Source: the human T2T-CHM13v2.0 reference genome, Homo sapiens | Assembly (NCBI RefSeq): GCF_009914755.1 | Contig: NC_060934.1 | DNA: 64,000 nucleotides | Direction: 5' to 3' (one strand) | Shown: positions 57,100-64,000 of the stretch, piece by piece | How the letters are laid out: each line of letters opens with the position of its first letter | How positions within the stretch are numbered: the first letter of the stretch is position 1 | The notes under the pieces: generated by a model | What the model was told of the DNA's origin: nothing | Databases searched by the model: none | The model's input: the letters and a program-made list of their open reading frames with translations, nothing else | Translations under genes and position numbers: made by a program

Positions 57100-59450
57100 T
57101 AATCTGAAGATATTAATGGATTAAATTACCTTAGTAGATATACTAATGTTGAACTATCCTTGCATTCCTCAGTTGAGTATAATTTGGTCAGAAGTATTTT
57201 TAAAATATGTACTGGATAGGGTTTGTAAAATTTACTTAGGATTTTTGCAACTACGTCCATAATTGAAACTAGTCTGTAGGATTCATTTTGTGCATGCTCT
57301 TTTTCTTGTTTTAGAAGCTCCTTCCACACCCTCCTTTAAAAAAATTATTCTTTTTTTCTCAGGAACTATTTGTTTCTTATATGTTAGTTAAAACTCACCA
57401 GCTAAATCATTTGAGTCTGAGCTTATTTTTGTCAGTAAATATTAAAAATACTATTACAAATTTAATATCTTTATATAGTTATATTTAAATTTTCCTCTTT
57501 CACCTTGATCCAGTGTTAATAATTTTACATTTCTAAGAAATAATTAGTATTGTTCACAACATTCTTGTGATTTAAAAAATCTCTGAATAAAAATATTTAT
57601 ATCCCTCTTTGCATTCTTAATATTATTTACTTGGGAATTCTTTCTTTCTTAATTTTATAAATGTCTTGTCCATTTTATGAATATTTTCAAAGCACCAGCT
57701 TTTGGTTTAATTCATCTTCCCTCTTGAGTTTTTTTTTTTTGGTCTTCCTTTTCATTAATTTCTGCTCATTTAAAAAATCTTCATTTCTGAGAGAGGTATA
57801 TTTAAATCTCCCACTCTGTGAATGTGTCCAGACATTTTCAGTGACTTGCTTTATGAATTAAGCTTATCAATTTTACATCTAGAGACTTTTCTTTTGAGGA
57901 AAAATTGTAAAATGCTGTCAGTATTGAAAGCTTTTTTGGTAACCTTCTAGGAACCAAACAAGTTTTAGCCCATAATGTCTAATCTTTAATGCTTTTTTGT
58001 TTTGTTTCGGATTTTCAGAAATCCTTTAATTAGGAGCTGGGCTAAAGCTTAGTTCTAGATGAATCTATAATTAGATTTAAAAGTTACATCTGGATTCTGC
58101 CATTTATCACTTTATATATTTTGAGACAATTTTGCTAGCATATACAGTTTCAAAATTCTTTTACTACCTTTCTAAGTTGCTCCTTTTATCATTACAGAAT
58201 TACTCCCTTTATGCCTATTAATGTCATTTTTGCCTTAAGGTCTAGCTTCTCTGATGTTACCACTACAGCAGCTTTTTTTTTGTTTTGTTTTGCTTTTTTT
58301 TTTATTAAGATTTGTCTACAATATCTTTTCCCATTCCTTTTCTTAGTTCTCACAACCATTTTATATTTTGGGTGTGAATCCTGTAAAAATGATGTAGCTG
58401 GATTTTATTTTAAATTCTAAGCAGATTATGTTTTCATTTTTACAAAGAGATTCCATCTATTTACATATAATGAGATTAATATGTTGACTCATTTTTATCT
58501 TGCTATTTTATGTTTTTCTACTCTTTAAATAGTTATACTTAAAATTGCAGGACACACTCTTATCAAAATCTAAAGTTAATCAGCGTGTCTATTATTCTCC
58601 AGTACAATACAAATTCTTAAACCATTTTAAATCTATTAGCTCATCTGGTTTTAAACCATCCAAATTTGGTCACTGTTGCAACAGTCATTTTAAGAAGCTT
58701 ATTTAAATTTATTCACATGCATTATTTTGTTTACTAGTGCCTCTGACTTCCTGTCCTTGCTGCTGGTGATCAGTTTCCTTCCTACTGAGCTATTCTTTGT
58801 TAGTTACCCTTTGGTAGATACCTTCGTTGGAATCTGAGGGTAGTAATTTCTCTCATCTTTGTATGAAAATGTCTATTTCATTTTTATTCTTACAAAATAA
58901 TTAATGAATATAGGATTGAGACTGACAATAATTTTCCCTTAGCTCTCAAGTTTTAATTGCATAGTTACTAATGAAAAGTTTATTGTTGGTTTAGTTGTCA
59001 TTATTTTGTACAAATCTCTCTTTTGCCTCAAGTGGTTTTAAGAGTTCATCCTTGGTGTTCTGCATTTTCATCATAAGCTGTCCTGGAGTATGTTTAGTTT
59101 AGTTATTCCAAGTTATCCACCTCCTTGGTGGATTTTCCTCAAGACTCATGTCTTTCCTCAATTCAGGGACAGGCTCGTCACACTCTGATTAAACACGGCT
59201 TGTTTCCTGTGTGTGTTTTTAAATTTTATGTATTTTCATTGTGGAATTTCTATTAGACCCATTCTGTTCTCTTTAATTTTTTTTCTCTGATTTTTCCATT
59301 ATCTCTTATGTTCTCAGAAGTCCTAATTCTTGTTTCTCTTGTCTGCTGATGCTTGCGTACAACGGCTTTTTGCATTGTGTGGCTTGTAATTTTGATTTGG
59401 GGCTCATCTTTAATATTTTTATTACTTTTTCTTCCATGAGGGCATCTCAT
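57100..59450 (-). mobile_element. Highly decayed old L1 (L1ME/L1M-like) sequence
   Basis: T-rich plus strand with L1-like words (ttgaactatccttgcattcct, aaaactcaccag, tttttgccttaaggtct); boundaries approximate. Confidence 0.55.
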
Positions 59451-60940
59451 GTTATCTGGGTTATAGAAATATTCCTACAGAACTATTTTGGGTTGGCTTA
59501 TGTCTGGGCCCATGGGAGTTTCACTGATGTGGGACCAGTTTTGAGGTCAATATCTTGACTGGGAATTCCATTCCTACGCTGGTATTAAAAATTTGGACAC
59601 AGGCCCAGACTATTCCCAACATCCACACATGAGACTAACTGGGGTTTCAATGTCTTCATTTTTTATGAAGTCTTTTTTCAATCCAAGACACCTGGCAAAC
59701 AATTCTTCCTCCCAGCCCCCATCCCTGGATTGGAAGAGTTCTTTTTGTCTCTTTTTCACAGAGGAAAGCAGCTCTCCTGGGGATCTGGCTTTTGTGGGAT
59801 TCTCAGTTGCAGGCGGTTACTTCTCTTTTTCCAAACCCAAGCACCAGGCCCTCTTTCTGGGTCTTGAATAGCCCTTTGGGTCTTTGAATAGTCCTTTGGG
59901 GAGCCCCAACTCACCAGCCAGTGCTCAGGAATAACATCCCCTCTTTGTTTCTGCCTCTTGGGGATTTTGCTGACTCTCTTTTGAGCTTGACCAGGCATTA
60001 GCAAAAATTCTTAAATGTTTATATTTTATCCTGGATTTCCATGTGTTTTCTTTGGGCTGGGAGAGCTACAGCAGCTCATTCCACCACGTTCCTGGAAGGC
60101 TGCAGGTATCAGCTTGCAAGTGCCAAGTGTCAAACAAGTGATAAAGAAAAGTGTTGGTGTCATGCAGAGAAGGGAGGAATCACTGCAGACAGTAATGGCT
60201 ACTTGACAACCTTCAGTGATAAGGGAGAAGCATAAAGCCTGCCTCAAGCTCATCCTTTTTAAAATACCCACAGCTCTTTAAAACAAGTAACCTTCCTCCT
60301 TCCCAGAGGGCAGCGACTCTGTCCTATTCTCTCTGAATCCCCATATTCACATGTGGGACAGATCATGGAGAGTACACAGTAAACATTTGTTAAAGCAACA
60401 AATGAAGTGAGCATTTTGTCCAGGACACAGCTAAAAGTTCAAATACCAGAAACACTGCCTGAGAGGGGATAAATGTCATGTTACAGTAACACCCACGATA
60501 TAGAATCGTATCCACATTGTGGATACATTCAGAATAGGTTAAGCAGAATCAGTTTTCTTTTAAAGTTCTTTAAGGCACCTCAGAGTTTAATGTAGCCAAG
60601 TTCAGTTCAGGCAAGGATGCCTTCCAAGCCATCTCTAACTGGCTAGGTTTTCTAAAAAGGATTTGCCCAAATGAGGATCCATAGTCCTTGGAAGGTGGTT
60701 TCAAGGTTCAGCTCTGCCATAAAGCCATTCCCTCAGGGGCTGTCCGTGCACATACCTGGCCAAGGCTGCTGTTTTGGATTTATAACAGAACGCCTACCAC
60801 TAAGGGACACACCAGCGCTTCTTGGGGGGGCCTAAGTTAAGAATCTGGGCATGTGATTTTGCTCCGAATAAAATGGCTACAAAGTTTAAGCACAGATCCA
60901 ATGGTGTAAGATTATGGTGATCCCAACGTGCCAGAATTAC

Positions 60941-61019
60941 CGTGTAATTTCGAGCGAGGGAGACATCAGTACCGTCTTGCAGATAGTGGGTTTCCGTGAA
61001 ACTGCTGGCAATGAGACCT
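60941..61019 (-). CDS. ADAM12: ADAM12 exon 4 (prodomain, (E)GLIASSFTETHYLQDGTDVSLARNYT); 79 nt, or 88 nt to 60932 with the alternative GC donor (+VIL)
   Basis: Acceptor tttttgtttttccgcag|AGGT; donor ACG|gtaatt; second donor CTG|gcacgt; phase 2 to 0. Confidence 0.97.
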
Positions 61020-61965
61020 CTGCGGAAAAACAAAAACACCATAAAAAGATGAGTGCAGAATTGCACTGATACATTGTTGTGAATGTCTAGGCTATAGGGT
61101 AGCAAGATTGTGACCTCCTTTTTTTTTTTTTAACAGATAATCCAAGGAAGCTCCCATTAGGGCCTTCCCAGTTTAGGTTCTCCGGGGAGAATTCAGAGGA
61201 GACTCAGACAACAGAGTCAGATATGCATCCTCGGAACAATAGCCCACACACTCAATGTGGAACCCTCCCTCTCTCCCTTCCTCCCACCTCATTCCTTCAT
61301 TCGCACACTGGGTGCACACACTTGCAAACGCACACATTTGTCACACACATATACTCTTCCATGAATAGTACAGGCAGATTTCCAATTTGGGAAAATCTCC
61401 TGCTTGGAAGTCACAGTCTCCACCAACTGGAATCAATGGTTGAACCACCTGCTGGGAAAATCATTCTGATCCGCAGCAGTGCCCCTGCTGGCTCCCCGGC
61501 AGGTGAGAGAACTGGCTGAAAATATTGAAATGTCACAGAAGAGAATAGAACAGCAATGAAATGCTAAAAGCAGCGATGTATGTATGAGGTGAGGAAAAAT
61601 GATTTTGCACATCCTGAAATATTGAATTTCTAAGATAAATTGAAAGGGGGAGGAAACCCCGTTTATGCTAACTATTAATAAAACTGTATGCAGTCTACCA
61701 GAACTTCATTAAAGATTGCAAAGCATGGGTTACTTAGATTTTAAATTATTTTCCAATGTCTTACATAACATGCACTATTTTATCCTGTTCAACACAACCA
61801 CAGGAAGTATTTCCTGTGTAACTACCGCTGCCAGGTGCTAGCTGCTGGGATACAAAGACAAGTAGGAACAGCCCCCATCTTGATGACACCACGAACTGGT
61901 AGGGTGATGGGTGACACAGAATCCAGTGTGAAGGGAGCGATCACAGAGTAGAAACAGAGTCCTTC

Positions 61966-62373
61966 TGAGGCAGGAGAGTAAGGTCTGGAGGCAGGGAACA
62001 AAGGTCGATTCATGCTGACTTTCTAGAACTAAGTCAAACGGAAACACTTCAGCTATGACAGGAAATATCCTCTCCATTTACATAGGGCGTACAGCGATTA
62101 AATGACTTTGTAACTTTACCTCATCCCCTTCATTTACATAGGGCGCACACGAAGTAACCAATGGAAACCTCTAGAGGGTATTTAAATCCCAGAAAATTCT
62201 GTAACGGGGATCTTGAGCACCTATGCTTGGGCCCCCTCACACCCTGAGGAGCGTAATTTCATTTTCAATAAATCTCTGCTTCTGTTGCTTCATTCTTTCC
62301 TTGTTTTGTTTGTGCATTTTGTCCAATTCTTTGTTCAAAACACCAAGAACCTGGACATCCTCCAGCAGTAACA
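61966..62373 (+). mobile_element. ERV1 solo LTR (MER57A/MER51/MER61 group), antisense to ADAM12
   Basis: tgaggcaggagagtaaggtctggaggcagggaac...agtaaca; perfect 4-bp TSD cttc; CCAAT, TATTTAAA and AATAAA retained. Confidence 0.88.
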
Positions 62374-63884
62374 CTTCTGGGTGCGTGGATGTGCTTTGGG
62401 TGGAGCATCCTGCAAGGGAAAGGCTTTGCGTAGGGATCCGACAACTACTGGGCCCTAACGATGAAGCAGGAGTCGGCCAGGCCCAGGACGGGGTGGAAGG
62501 AGAGGGGAAATCCTGGCAGATAATGTCAAGGTCAGGGCCTGAAAGGCCTGGAGTCTGGGGAGCTGGGCTGGTGGAAGACATAGAAAGGCTCTAAACAGAA
62601 CCTGGGTTTTCTGTGTCTGGACAACAGGGAGTCAAGAGTTGCTTTAAATACTGAACTTTGTGGATGGTGAAGGTGCTGCCTGCCCTCTCCTGTCTTCAGA
62701 GGAAGACACTCTCCACTCTTCACACCGTTTGGTTCTGTGGTGGGCGGGGGGGTGCTCCTCCACTCTTGATCCAGAGATGAACATGTGACCCAAGCTAAGC
62801 CCATCACAAATCTTCCCTACAGCATGTTGAGCTGGGATGTCTGGGGATGACGTCTTTCTTCTCTGTTCTCAAGGCTCTGAGAATGTGGCCACCACCTCCA
62901 TCCTGGTCCCTTACTTCAGGAGAAAGCTAGTCAGAGAGAACAAAGCTGTCACCCTCAGGCAGGGACAAAAGGCAGGGAGAGGGAGATGGACCTGTTGCCC
63001 ATGGGGCCTGCTCCGCCTCTCCTCCTCCTCATAAGTCCCTCTCTTCTGCCTACGCTGGCTGGAGCTGGGTTTTGCAACCAGAGTCCTGATCAGTATGGCA
63101 GGGAAGGAAAAGCAGCGGGAATATGCAAATGTCAGAGATGAGAAGCACTTCCTTACACAGTCAGAGTTCTTAGACCTGCTCCCAGCCAAGTTCAGAACTG
63201 AGAGTCAGCTCCTTGTTTTACATGGATTGCAATATGTTGAGGATATGCCTGGCTTAAATCAGTTAGACCCCAATGGCAGGTCTCCGCTGCAGTCTACTTA
63301 ACAGCGAGTGTTTGAGAGAGGGTGCGGAAAACATAAAACACAGACGGGCCCTCACACTCACTGGCAAAGGCACGTGGGCCTCCCAAGTGCTGCCCCTCAC
63401 TCTCCTCAGCAGTGCACATGTCGTGCCAGAGAAAGTTGCCCTCCTTGGCAGCGTTGAGCTCTGAAACCCCTGTCTTCTAAGCTCACCTCCTCTGAGCTGC
63501 CAGAGGGGCTGCCTGGGCAGGCTCATTCACAGGGCACCCTGGCCCTGTCACGAGTCACGAGCAAAGGAGAGGAAGAGGGGAAGGAGAGCAGGCAAGGCAG
63601 TGGGAAGGTGACAGGGCCCTGAAGAGAAGAGTGTGAAGAAGGGGTAGTCCTTAGTCACAGGCAGAGAGCTCCAGGAGGGTGGAGGAGTCTGGTGACCTTG
63701 ACAATGGAGATGCAGCAGGTGAGCCCAGGTCAAGGTGACAGGCGAGGTGAACGAATTTTCCACAGCACAGTTCCAAAGGGAAGCAGAGAGGCGGGATGTG
63801 AAAACCAGAGATGGGGACTTGAGGGGAATAACTGGAGGGATGGGGTTGAGAGGGGACATGGGCGAAGCTGCAGAGGAACAGGCA

Positions 63885-64000
63885 GAAGGATGCAGAGCAC
63901 AGAGGGATACACACAACACAGGACAATGTGCAGAGCACGGGGTAATGCACACAGCACGGGAGAAAGCACAGAGCACAGGGAGAGAATGCACAGGGCACCG
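63885..64000. repeat. Degenerate ~19-bp tandem repeat running off the window end
   Basis: Recurrent aatgcacagagcacggg-like units. Confidence 0.6.

Overview
Primate (almost certainly human) genomic DNA from inside the ADAM12 (meltrin-alpha) metalloprotease gene, which runs on the minus strand. Seven internal coding exons were reconstructed with consistent splice phases; the numbering (exons 4-10) comes from recall of the gene. They encode most of the prodomain, the cysteine switch, the furin site and the first half of the catalytic domain. The HExxH exon and the 5' exons are outside the window. The rest is intron, containing 11 Alus, several L1/L2/MIR relics, seven solo LTRs, a tailless 5S rRNA retropseudogene and several tandem repeats. 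I see no evidence of a new multi-gene system. The most interesting signals are: (i) a 9-copy minisatellite that forms a natural array of RBPJ/CSL, TEAD and RUNX motifs; (ii) a 96-bp perfect AT palindrome inside a tract bracketed by a 19-bp duplication; (iii) a GT/GC tandem splice donor adding or omitting VIL; (iv) two phase-0 exons around the furin site, one with a very weak acceptor; (v) sense-oriented LTRs with intact versus altered polyA signals. Repeat subfamily names were assigned by eye and need RepeatMasker/Dfam confirmation.
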